Positions 27,090 through 38,548 of a stretch of DNA of 64,000 nucleotides are shown one piece after another. The DNA is from Octopus vulgaris (Eukaryota): assembly GCA_951406725.2 (NCBI GenBank), contig OX597819.1, forward strand, positions 120,032,001 through 120,096,000. Direction: 5' to 3'. How positions within the stretch are numbered: the stretch's first letter is position 1; each line of letters starts with the position of its first letter. A program made the position numbers and the translations under genes. Below the pieces are notes generated by a model. The model worked only from the letters and a program-made list of their open reading frames with translations. It did no database searches and was not told the origin of the DNA.

Positions 27090-27308
27090 CATTATTTTCT
27101 ACTCTAATTACAAGGACCGACAATTTTATGAAGGGGGCTAGTCGATCAGATCGACCCCAGTACGCAACCGCAACTTAATTTACCGACCCCGCAGGGATTA
27201 AAGGCAAAGTCGACCTCGGCGGAATTTGAACTGAGAATGTAAAGACATACGAAATACCTCTACATATTTCGCCCGGCGTGCTAACGTTTCTACCAGTTCG
27301 CTGCCTTA
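27090..27308 (-). mobile_element. SINE family B-related copy (alternative tail)
   Basis: aggcaaagtcgacctcggcggaatttgaac...ctaacgtttctaccagttcgctgcctt. Confidence 0.8.
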
Positions 27309-27389
27309 TATATACTACATACTGAATGATAATATATATATATATATATACTACATATTGAATGATAAGTGTTCATTAAAATTCATTTC

Positions 27390-28400
27390 ATTTTCAGAGT
27401 TTAATTGAATATACATATACAGATAGTGTAATTCTTTTTAAACACGTTTCTCCTCTGACCATCGTCTCTGGCCCAATCCGTACTGATAACGCAAAGCAAA
27501 GAACTCACAAACAGCATGAAATGTGTCATCAACCTGTCAATTATTGCCGAAATTATACTGCAAACTTTATCAAAATTTATCCTCATGAATAAAATCTAGC
27601 GGTGTCACTGCCGCTGGATGCAGAAGGTATTCTATTGAACCTCTCTGAGGTCCATTCCACCACTTTGTCAAAATTTCGGAAAGATGTGCCCTTACATAAG
27701 AATGACGGTGTGGTCTTCACTTAGGCCTAAATAAAAACTCTACCTTTTCAAATTCCTCTCGGAAGCTGGGGATGAAAGATTTTCGCAGTCACTAAATGGG
27801 TCTAGTCACTATCCCTTCAAAATGTAGGGTCCAATTAATCCTTTTCATAATGAACTGCACCTTATTGCAATTTCTGGTAAATTCTTCTGTAATAAGCGGT
27901 TTTTCAGATTCTTTGGGCCATTTATATTTATCGTCGTCATCGTTCCAAACACTCTTTACTGGAATGCGTTAATCTTCGACACATCTCTCCAGCTGCCACT
28001 CACCAAGTCCACTCTTCAACTCGGATCATCTTCATGGAATGCATGGACCATTCTTAGAAAGTAGCATTTTCAATGACATCAATTCAAAATGTAATGGTTA
28101 CTTGATTTTGAAATACCTATCTCACGTCTCACTTGACAAACAGATTTTCTGGAACACTAGAAACGAATTTCTCGTACATTTTTGTTGCTTCTCGGGGCTT
28201 GCCGATGTCCACAAATTCTGGAACGTTTTTGAATAGTCCCCAGTGTTTCAAATCTATCGCTAACGCGTGTATGATAAGCCGCAAGAAGAATCTAACCTTC
28301 TCTTCTAAACTGTCCTTGCATTTCGACAGCATTTTAAACAACCATTAGCACATACAGAAAGATTCAGTACAAATTTATTTTCGGAGTGGTTTGATAGATG
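27390..28400 (-). mobile_element. Highly decayed Tc1/mariner-superfamily transposon
   Basis: Minus strand gives remnants such as NLPEI...GLIGPYILKG...VTPLDF, resembling GLIGP.FF / SPDLTPLDF motifs. Confidence 0.5.
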
Positions 28401-28595
28401 TACACGAAAAAAGTTGACGTGGCTGACAATATCTATGATAAACAGAAATAACTCCTTCAGGGCAGTGTCTAATACCTGCAAGGTAAAGCGCAGACAATCT
28501 TTGATAGTTTTCCATAAAACTAGTTGAAATTTCCCTATACGGATGCTTTGAAATTAAAACTCACATTAAGAAAGATAACAACTGGTATAATCAGT

Positions 28596-28829
28596 GAAGG
28601 CGGCGAGCTGGCAGAAACGTTAGCACGCCGGGCGAAATGCGTAGCCGTATTTCGTCTGCTGTTACGTTCTGAGTTCAAATTCCGCCGAGGTCGACTTTGC
28701 CCGTCATCCTTTCAGGGTCGATAAATTAAGTACCAGTTACAGCCTGGGGTCGATATAATCGACTTAATCCGTTTGTCTGTCCTTGTTTGTCCTCTCTGTG
28801 TTTAGCCCCTTGTGGGTAGTAAAGAAATA
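28596..28829 (+). mobile_element. SINE family B, full length
   Basis: 12-bp TSD GGTATAATCAGT at 28584-28595 and 28830-28841. Confidence 0.92.
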
Positions 28830-29927
28830 GGTATAATCAGTCGTATTTTGGGGGGATGTATAGTAATGAAGATAGAATGATCTCTCATCTGGTCACCTAC
28901 TATTACTTTAGATTTATAACTGGAATCATGTTATCAAACTTGCTCTTACTTAACACAATAAGTTGGGAATCATATGACATTTGGTTTATAATTCTAGCAT
29001 GTCAGGCGAATAGTGGGAAATTAGAAAGACATTAGTTCTGTGTCATGAAAGCGAATTATCGCTCTCTCTCTCTCTTTCTATATCTGTCTGTCTATCAGTC
29101 TTTCTCTCTCACTCTCACCCATTCTCTCTCTTTCTCTCTCGCTCAATTGCGCATTCTCTCTTCCCCTCCCCTCCTCTCTCCCTCTCTCTTTCTCACGCAG
29201 CACACACATACAAGATATGTATGTATATATGTGTATGTATGTACTATGTATGTATAAATGTGTATGTGTGTACGTATGTATGTATCTATGTGAACATATG
29301 GCCAAAATTCCGTACGCCAAATCTAACACTCTCCCTATTTCACCTACACTGAACATACATACACCCACATTCTTGTATATTAATATATGTGAGGTGGAAG
29401 GGGTTAGTGTGTGTATGTGTGTGTGTACACATACATACACTCACATGATATATATATATATATATATATATGTAAAACGCATACGCAATCACCTGATCTC
29501 GTATTATTTTGTTTCTGGATAACATTTCTATAGTCTTCTTTACATTTAATGAAATATCTTTGTAGATTTGGCTTAACACTTAAAGCATTCCTCAATGGAG
29601 AATCTGAACCGCTTATTTCGGCCATCTTTTATATCCCGTAGAGGATGATTCTTACGGTTGCCTTTGTAGTTATTGCTTCTCCATCAGCTGACAATGAAGG
29701 CTAGCTGTCAAATTACATGATGTACTTTGGAGTGGGGGTATTTTCTTGTTTGTATTTTTACTATTTTCTTAAATGGTAATTCTGGGGATTATGCCAAAGG
29801 CAACGGTGGTTTCTGTTGGCTGCGCCCCAAAAGGCACTTAATTTGATTAAAATGTCACAACGTTGATTCAGTAAATGCAAACTGCAACTTATTCACTCTG
29901 TTATGTGCACACATCTACTAAATCATA

Positions 29928-30051
<124 letters not shown>

Positions 30052-30161
30052 CATACATACACTTAAATACATATACATATATATATATATATGTATGAGT
30101 GTGTGTATGTATGTATATCTATCCATCAGTCACTGTCTCTCTTTCATTCACTTTCTCTCGT

Positions 30162-30214
<53 letters not shown>

Positions 30215-30726
30215 CTGTATGTATGTATATGTGTGTGTGCATGTGTGCATGCATGCATGGACTGATGTACACCCTTTTACCGTTATTTTTCTTGTTGTTG
30301 TTGCTTTGTCGTTTAATCTCAGATCAGCCTTGATCAAGTTCCAAACAAGATTCAACCTTCTTGTTTCTTATGTTGCAATGCGGACGTAGAGTCACATTGG
30401 CTAAATACGCCTGTTTTGAGACAGAGGAGTATGATTTGAGCTGAGGAGAGCCTTTCAGCTTGAGCTGCTAATTTGATCAAGACGTAGATATTGTATTGTT
30501 GAATTAACTTCCGTGTAGCTGATATACGGCTCGCTATGTTTTATTTACATTTAATAACGTTAGATATATTGCAATTCCCCTGTGATATATGTCGACAGTA
30601 CGTAAGTAGCGAAGTGACGTCAGAAAGTGAGATGAAAACCAAGCTCTTTGCCATCTGAGTTTGCATCCCACTAAGGCCATCTTTGCTTTAGATTCATTTG
30701 AAAATACCGAGTTAAGCGGCTGAAGT

Positions 30727-32082
30727 GATGAAATTGCTGGAAACTCGAGATAACAAGTGGCATCTGTTTCAGATCTTTGCGCAATGAGGTCAACGTGAAC
30801 TTACATCTAAGATATCAAGCTATAGACCATTAACTTTTTTGTTGAAAAATATTTGTGATTTCAAAACCGAGATTTACAAAAAGGTAAAACTTCTTGTCTG
30901 CCTTGATCGAATCTTCGCCCTGGAGAGGAACTTTCCATGTGCATATTATGACAGATGCGTCATCGGCATCAACCCCTATACAATACTGATTCAAGTACTA
31001 GAACTTATAGGGCTGGTCATCCGGTTTTCGGTCGTGATGTAAATGTGACCGAGATCACTACAACCGCGGCCACCCTCTGGATGTTACAGGTTAAGAGCTA
31101 AATTGAGTTGAACAACAGGAAAACGATTATTTTGCTCAATAAAGCAAGGCGCCGCCCGGTCCAGGGTTCGAAATCACAATGTTGCGTTCGTCAGTGCAAT
31201 ACTCTAACCACTAGCTTAAACGCCTTCACACATGAGAAGTACTGAAATCGAGAGTAATTTTTAGCTTCTGAAACCCGATAAAGATCTTACGATGGTGTCT
31301 GTATAATAACACCCCCACTTATCAGATCTTTTAGATTTCTGGGTTTTGATGCAGCGTGTTTTTAATGAAACGAAAGATTTCATGTTGTAGGCTAAATTCT
31401 GTAGCAATTGAATATAATTCCGTTATTTGACTTCTATATATTTTATGGCCGACACATGGCAGCGGGATGTAAGCTGATGCCTGATTAAATGGCTTGTTCA
31501 TTCATATTATACAATAGCAAATGTATTCTCCTGAAACTTTTCATTACGAATATTAATTATGAAAGGAAATGCAGAACACTCCGATGCAATAAATATTAAT
31601 TTTTCTGCGAGTTTTATCTACGACGTTATACCGATTTCTATTTGGAGCTATCTGATTTCTCTTATACTGCAAAGGACATACAGATAGGAACTAATGTATC
31701 AATTTCCGGTTTATATCTGCACTAAATCTCATGTGGAGCAGAGAAATGATCTTATGGATAAAATATTGGCCAACTTGTTCTTCTCGTAAATTTCTTAAAT
31801 CTTCAGCAGTTTTCTTGCATTTTTGAGCAAAGGATATTTTTTCCTATATTCCTAATATTGTTCTGAAGAGAAGAAAAGTGCCTGTAATTATTGTAAACTA
31901 TTTCTTAATTTTCAGGGGATTTTGTTTAAATATTTATATGAAGTTAGTGTATAGATACACGCAGGGATGTATGGGATGAAATTGCTGGAGACTCGAGATA
32001 TCAAATGAAATCTGTTTCAGATCTTGGCGCTATGAGACCAACGTGAACTTACACCTCAGATATAAAGTTATAGAACATTAAC
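30727..32082 (+). repeat. Pair of 108-bp diverged direct repeats (30727-30834 and 31975-32082)
   Basis: gatgaaattgctgga.actcgagata.caa.tg..atctgtttcagatctt.gcgc.atgag..caacgtgaacttaca.ct.agatat.aag.tataga.cattaac, aligned without gaps. Confidence 0.85.
31075..31230 (-). mobile_element. SINE family C, diverged head
   Basis: gcgccgcccggtccagggttcgaaatcacaat...ctctaaccact. Confidence 0.65.
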
Positions 32083-32235
32083 AAAGCGTGGTTCGGTCGT
32101 ATAACATGGGCAAATGAGTGCTGCTATTGTCGCGGGCCGACCCATGCCGCTTGACTGAATTTAGCAAAATGAAACTCTATGGAATGCTTTCATGTATATG
32201 TGGTCTTGTGTGCATGAGCGTGTGTGTATATGTGC

Positions 32236-32294
<59 letters not shown>

Positions 32295-32304
32295 TATATA
32301 AGCC

Positions 32305-33030
32305 AATTAACTTGTAAAATCTCACGAAGAGACAAGATTAGTAACAATACTAAGCAATAAAGCCAGTCACGATATCGAAGTGGTTGTCGAATGTTACTAC
32401 TAATTTAACCACAGGCAGCCCCCCACCTGGTTATCAGTGCGACTCTGTACCTTTTATATAAAATACATTGTTAGAAGGACGTACGAACCCCTACCACCCT
32501 GCTGCAGGTACTAGGATCGCGCGACTGACTCAGTTTCGAGCTGGCTTGGCCCATCCTCAGCCGCGAGCAATCGTACGATAGCCAGAACACCCTGCTAATA
32601 ATATATTATAAATAATGGGTGCAGAGTCTCGCCGATAATCAGCTGGCGGAGAATTTATCCGCGGTTAAATTAGCGGTAACATTCAGCAGCCACTTCGAGG
32701 TGGTGACTGGGTTTACTGTTTAGTGTAGTTACTACTCTGGTCTCTGTGAGATTTTACAAATAGCGACACTGCTTGCTGCAAATCAGTGACTGTGGGTCAC
32801 TTCGTATGCAATATATTGTTAGCGTTAGCTAACTCTGGCTATCGTTCTGGCCTACAGGTGCTCGCTACTGAGAATGGGCCAAGTAGCTCGAAATGGAGTC
32901 AATCTTGCAATCTTGTTACCTGCTCGAGGTGTTGTAGGAGTTCGCTCCCACAGCTGGCGAAGAATCTGCCTGGGGTTAAATTAATAGTAACATTCAACAA
33001 CCGCTTTGATATTACGACTGGTTTTACTAT
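32305..33030. mobile_element. Old fold-back plus tandem hammerhead-bearing element
   Basis: 32308-32452 is an imperfect inverted copy of 32617-32762; that arm recurs in direct orientation at ~32950-33030; hammerhead cores at 32517-32566 (-) and, degenerate, at 32861-32912 (+); (TA)n on both sides. Confidence 0.7.
32517..32566 (-). ncRNA. Type-I hammerhead ribozyme
   Basis: Minus strand UCGCGG-CUGAGGA-U-GGGC-caagcca-GCUC-GAAA-CUG-AGU-CAG-UC-GCGCGA. Confidence 0.75.
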
Positions 33031-33438
33031 TTGTGTGTATATATATATATATATATGAAAATGCCAGACAGACAGGTCAATTATTCTTCACCAATTTTTG
33101 TAAATTTTTAAATATATCTCCTGAGTATATATATACTACCAAACAAACATGATTTATATTGAAGTCAAAATAGTTATTGTAATCCCGTTCTTGAATATTT
33201 TCTTGAATTCTTTCTTGTAAACTATTTTTTAACATTTTCTTTTCATTATCAAAGAATGTATAACTGTATTTTAATACTTTTGTGATAACAAGTACAAAGC
33301 TTATACAAAGCTTTACATTTTAATTTTGAAAATCTTTTTGTAAAAAAGTGAAACCGGTCAAGTCAATAAACATCTTTAAAAGTCCTTTGCATTTTCAAAC
33401 CTTCTATCATATATATTTTCAGTCATGTGGTACCTTAC

Positions 33439-33474
<36 letters not shown>

Positions 33475-34307
33475 TTCCATGCATACATGCATACATTCAT
33501 ATATAAGTGGGCAGGTGTATGCATCTATGTATGCGCACATGATGAAACGGCTGTTGCCTTGCGACTTAGCTGTTGGACAGAGTGCATAAATTGAGTTAGG
33601 GACTGAAAACATATACTGGATTGGATGTCATCACTAAATTCATGAAAAGAGTGCCACATCATATCTGCAGTGCAAAACCCCAGATAAATAATAAAATGAA
33701 TATGTCGCTAAATGTTAATGGCATTTGCAGAATTTATGAAATTCATAAATTTAAATATGTTATCTTATGCTTGGAACAGGAATTTTAGTGATATATAAGG
33801 AACTTTAATCATATCTATATTTGATCATTGATATACTATTACCATCATCATAATCAAATACTGAACATTACTGTAGTTAGACATTAGACACAAAAGTCTA
33901 TTCCCCGATTTCCGTAGCGTATACGTGACCAAGGTGACAGTATCGTCTCTGAACAGGACAGAAGTCTGTCACATGGTTACTCAGCACAAATCTAGTGTTG
34001 TGGTGTATGGAACACGCCGCTTGGTAACGGAACCATAACACCTAAAGCACTCGTTCACATGCCATAGATGACATAAACGTATATGCAGCGTAGTAATTAT
34101 GACAAGACAAATGTAAATAATATTCTCGTATAACATGCGGACATGTTTAAAGTACAATATTGATGAAAGTGAAGAATATGAAAGAGAAGTTTACTTTGAA
34201 GTATTAAACTTTCAGAAGTAAAAATTTAAAAAAAACAATGTTATAAGTAAGAACGTATTTCTTAATTTTACTTCTCCATTTATTTTCTACTGAATAGTGT
34301 TCAAACA

Positions 34308-34697
34308 GTGGAGGCGCAATGGCCCAGTGTTTAGGGCAGCGGACTCGCGGTCGTAGGATCGCGGTTTCGATTCCCAGACCGGGCGTTGTGAGTGTTTATT
34401 GAGCGAAAACACCTAAAGCTCTACGAGGTTCCGGCAGGGATGGTGGTGATCCCTGCTGTACTCTTTCACCACGACTTTCTCTCACTCTTACTTCCTGTTT
34501 CTGTTGTACCTGTATTTCAAAGGGCCGGCCTTGTCACTCTCTGTGTCACGCTGAATATCCCCGAGAACTACGTTAAGGGTACACGTGTCTGTGGAGTGCT
34601 CAGCCACTTACATGTTAATTTCACGAGCAGTCTGTTCCGTTGATCGGATCAACCGGAACCCTCGTCGTCGTAACCGACGGAGTGCTTCCATCCATCC
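34308..34697 (+). mobile_element. tRNA-derived SINE family D
   Basis: Head gtggaggcgcaatggcccagtgtttagggcagcggactcgcggtcgtaggatcgcggtttcgattccc with A and B boxes; GC-rich body; ends in (TCCA)n. Confidence 0.75.
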
Positions 34698-35227
34698 AGT
34701 GTTCAAATGCAGCCAAGCCAAGGTATTGTTTGAAAGATACGGTCGGTCGTATCCACTTCAATATTAATTTGAACCAGTTGGTTATCTTATTTATGGCGAC
34801 CACGTTGCAGAATCATTAACACTTTAGACACAATATATAGCAGCATTTCTACCGGCTCTTTCCATTGTGAGTTCAAATCCGGCCGAGGTCAAGAAAAATT
34901 CACTTCAGCAGGATTTTTGATTTACATCCTTTATGGGCACATAATTTACGGTACCAGTCAAGTATTGAGATTAGTTTAGTCGATTAGTTCCCTCTCCTCA
35001 TAAAATGATGGTCTTGTCAGTTCAAAGAAAATGGGATCTCAATCGCTTATACTACTATGGAAACCAGAAAAACGGCCTTAAAAGTCCTAGAACTAAAACT
35101 TTTGTTTTTTAATCACAATTTATCTAGCATCTAATCAACGTAACGTGATGGAACACAATAGAGTGAATAACAATTTATGAAACACCGTGTAAACATCCAC
35201 GCGTACGTGTAGAAGGAAACTTAGATA

Positions 35228-35621
35228 TCTTTATATATAAAAGTGAGGTTGTGTGCTGTCTGTCTCCTACGATTTAGATTCCTAACTACTCCCACATTTC
35301 GCGGTGCAGTTTAACCAAAACCGGGTATCTTATAGTCGTGATTCATATCGAGCCCTTCTGGGTATTAGCGCGCGTCTACGATGAGTCTACGATTTTTAAA
35401 AAATTACCATCAATTTTTCCCATTTTTAATGCATTTTTGGCATATATAAGGGAAGTAACTCTCTAAAAATGTATTATTAAATCTCAGAACGTAAAAAGCT
35501 ACAGTAATACCCCCCCTTTGTGGTTAGCCATATTGAGATGGCTATTATACTTTACATCTCTAAAAATGCTTATATAGTTATTTCCCTTACAAACCCGAGC
35601 AACGCCGGGCGATACTGCTAG
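35228..35621 (+). mobile_element. Non-autonomous Helitron
   Basis: Inserted between A and T; 5' TCTTTATATATAAAAG; 3' hairpin CCCGAGCAACGCCGGG (35594-35609) followed by CTAG. Confidence 0.85.
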
Positions 35622-35869
35622 TAGTATATAAGTGACGGACTGAGCTTTCTGCCTAATAAATTTCACCAACATGGCATCTGTAAAACCAAAGCTACATTTA
35701 ATGTCTCTTTTTCATATATTAGAAAAATACAAACAGTGTAAGTTGAAGCAAGTATTTTCGTTTGAAGTCAGTATTTAAATCAACCTTATGTTTGTCATTT
35801 GGAAACTTCCTCAGCGAAATATATTTCATTCATTCCTCCCGAATAAATATGGTTTATAATATATTGGTT

Positions 35870-36087
35870 TCAAAATTTGGTACAAGGTCATCTGGCTTAG
35901 GGGAGGGGGTTCAGTCAATTATATCGACTCCACTGCTCCACTACTCAACTGGTATTTATTTATTATCCCGAAAGAAGGAAACGCAAAGTCAGCCTCGGTG
36001 GAATTTGAATTCAGAAACGTAAAGGTGAACGAAGTACCGCTAAGCATTTTCTCTGGTGTGCTAGCGATTCTTCCAGCACACCGCCTT
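35870..36087 (-). mobile_element. SINE family B, diverged
   Basis: gcaaagtcagcctcggtggaatttgaattcagaaacgt...ccagcacaccgcctt. Confidence 0.7.
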
Positions 36088-36224
36088 ACAGTTAATATAT
36101 ATCAACAAAGAGAATATATATCTATAACCACGCCGAATATGAATATTAGGTAGGTACACGGTTGGTAAAGAAATGCTACTAAGCATAGGCGCAGGAGTGG
36201 CTGTGTGGTAAGTAGCTTGCTAAC

Positions 36225-38548
36225 ACACATGCGCAGTTAGTCAGTTGCTTCCTGTTGAGCCAGAGTGGATGTGAGTCAACCAGCTCCGTCCAATTATAGA
36301 ATAAAGACCAAAAACAGAGAGTTGTCGAGGTGAGTGATTTTGTTTATTGTGAGTTGGGCACAATTTATTGCGTGCTAATTATTATTTCAGTAAGTTGTGT
36401 CCAACTCTGAGACAATTTCGCCTGCTCTCGGCGGCTGCTTTGTTTTTGTGTTTATTAGGAAAAAAAACAGTGGAGGGGCGTATCCTCGGAACCCAATACA
36501 GTTACTGTTAAAATTACCGTTGGCGGTAGCCAGTGCTGTGTTTGGGTTTGTTGAATTTATTCCCTTGTCAGAGTACTTCGCAAGAAAATTATAAAAATAA
36601 GCCACTTTTGGATTACCTTTCGGACCCATTTTTGTGGAGGTTGTGTTACAGTTGCGGCGTTCCAGGTTCAACTAAGGCCGGGAGTACCGTAAGGCCAGAA
36701 GATTTTTGCTGTGTTTTTTTCTGTTTATTAACTTTCTTTTGAACTTCATTTAACTCCCCTTTTTGTTTTTTTTTTTTGTTTATTGCGACTTTCCGTTGAT
36801 TTCTTCCCTTCTGTTGTGCTTTCTCCTTTTTGTTTTTTCAAAAATCTATCAAATTTTATTTGGACTTTTGAACTTTTTTCTTCTCGCTTTTTAAGTTTAA
36901 TTTGAATATATTTAAAAAAAAAAACAACATGGCAATGAAAAATGACAAAATTTTGGAATGGGAAATCATACCGCCTAAAAAGTGGTTAAAAGACCGTGAA
37001 GATAGGACGGTGGTGTTGAGAACCTACTCCAAGGCACTCGACACCATCGCCCTATTCGAAAAGACGGCAATTGAAAAGGAGTTGGCAGAATATTTGCCGA
37101 CAATTAAATTCATTTTCAGGGGTGTCAAATATGCAACGGTGTGGTTGCTATTTGACACCCCTGAAGAGGCTTGCAAATTTGCTAGCAAACCCCTGGAGGG
37201 TAAGGAAATTTTATTCCTGCCCACGTACCAAAAAAAAGAGACTGACGAAAGCTTGGATTTGCGGGCTGCCACCCGGGATAGAACCCAAGTGGATAGAGGA
37301 GACTATCCGCCGGGGTCTGGGTGGCAGCGAAACTAAGCTCCTTAATGTAAAAGTTCTTCCTGCGGCTGCTTGGGTTGGGTCAAAAGCAATTTTAACCCCT
37401 TGGACCCAATCAGCCAATCTGGTTCTTCCAGATTTTTTGAAAATGGCCGGGTGCATGTATCCGGTGATGCTTGAGGGTCGGCCCCCTAAGTGTCATCGGT
37501 GTTTGGAGTCCGGCCATATAAAGAAGAACTGTCCCCGGGAACAAAATAGGATCCCGGAACAGTTAAGTGAAACCCCTGTAGAAGAGGGAATGATAACGGC
37601 CGAGGAAGCAGAGGACTCCTCAAACAGAGGCCGAAGAGGAAGGTGAGCAACAATGGGTGCTCACCAAAGGATACTAGGGATGAGGAGGGAAAGGCGAATC
37701 TTCCGGCCACGGAGGAGACGCACCCTCCCTCAGTTGAAAAAAAAAAAGAAAAAGAGGAAGAGAAACGGGACATTACCGGCTGTCGGTGACATAGCACCGG
37801 AATGTCCCGGAACTACGTCGGTTGGGGTTGTGCCACCGACAGAAGAAGAAATACCGTTGGCAGGAACTGTGCCGCCAACGAAAGAATTGAATATCCCGCA
37901 CCCGAACAAAAACGAGGTATTGATCCTCTTCTATAGAGGCGGAGAGATTGAAAAGGTGATGGAAAAGCACCACAAGGGAGCACCTTTAGCCTTCACACAG
38001 GACCCCGAATGACCTCCGCAGGTAGCTGTGGAGGCCGTGGCGTTCGACGTGACGCTTGGGCTGAAGGAGTTCAATGAGGATTATAGCTTGGTCCCGGGCG
38101 ACGCTAACTCGGAACTCGATTACGTTCTGAGGGAGGCGTGGTGGATGGTGGAGGTCGCGGACACAAGTTATTTCGAGGACGAGTCAAATTGTGATACGAC
38201 TTGAGGGGCCCCGACCTAGAGCTGGCGCATTCCTAAGGGAAGTACAAGCGAGGTCTGGGAGGAAGGGCTTTGTATATTTATTTATATATGTAATTATTGA
38301 ACTATGTTGTTATTAGTAATGGACTGCTAAGTCCAAATATTGAAAAAATTGTAAGAGGTTTAATACCTCGTGTTGTGTTTGTTTTTAAAAGAACAATGTT
38401 TTAGAGAAGCAGAAGTCGGCGGGCGCTTTTTGTCTTCTCCCATCCCAATCATCTTTCTTTCATTATCATTCACTTCATTAATGTCCTCGTCCAGCCCGCA
38501 AAGCTAACTTACTCTATGTACTGCCTTTATGGCAAATGTTATGAAATA
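36225..38548 (+). mobile_element. ORF1-only (RT-less) non-LTR retroposon, L1/Tx1-like
   Basis: Perfect 15-bp TSD AAGTAGCTTGCTAAC (36210-36224 and 38549-38563); ~700-bp 5' UTR, gag-like ORF, 3' end at AAATAAA; no RT or endonuclease motifs. Confidence 0.85.
36929..38204 (+). pseudogene. Disrupted ORF1/gag-like protein (RRM-like segment + CCHC zinc knuckle)
   Basis: MAMKNDK...LFLPTYQKK, +1 shift in the A8 run at 37230-37237, then RLTKAWICGLPPGIEPKWI...EGRPPKCHRCLESGHIKKNC; further stops at 37644 and 38010. Confidence 0.75.

Noticed and set aside
36187-36224. tRNA-like heads of SINE families as tRNA genes
   Set aside because: A and B boxes are present, but they continue into SINE bodies and lack a complete cloverleaf.
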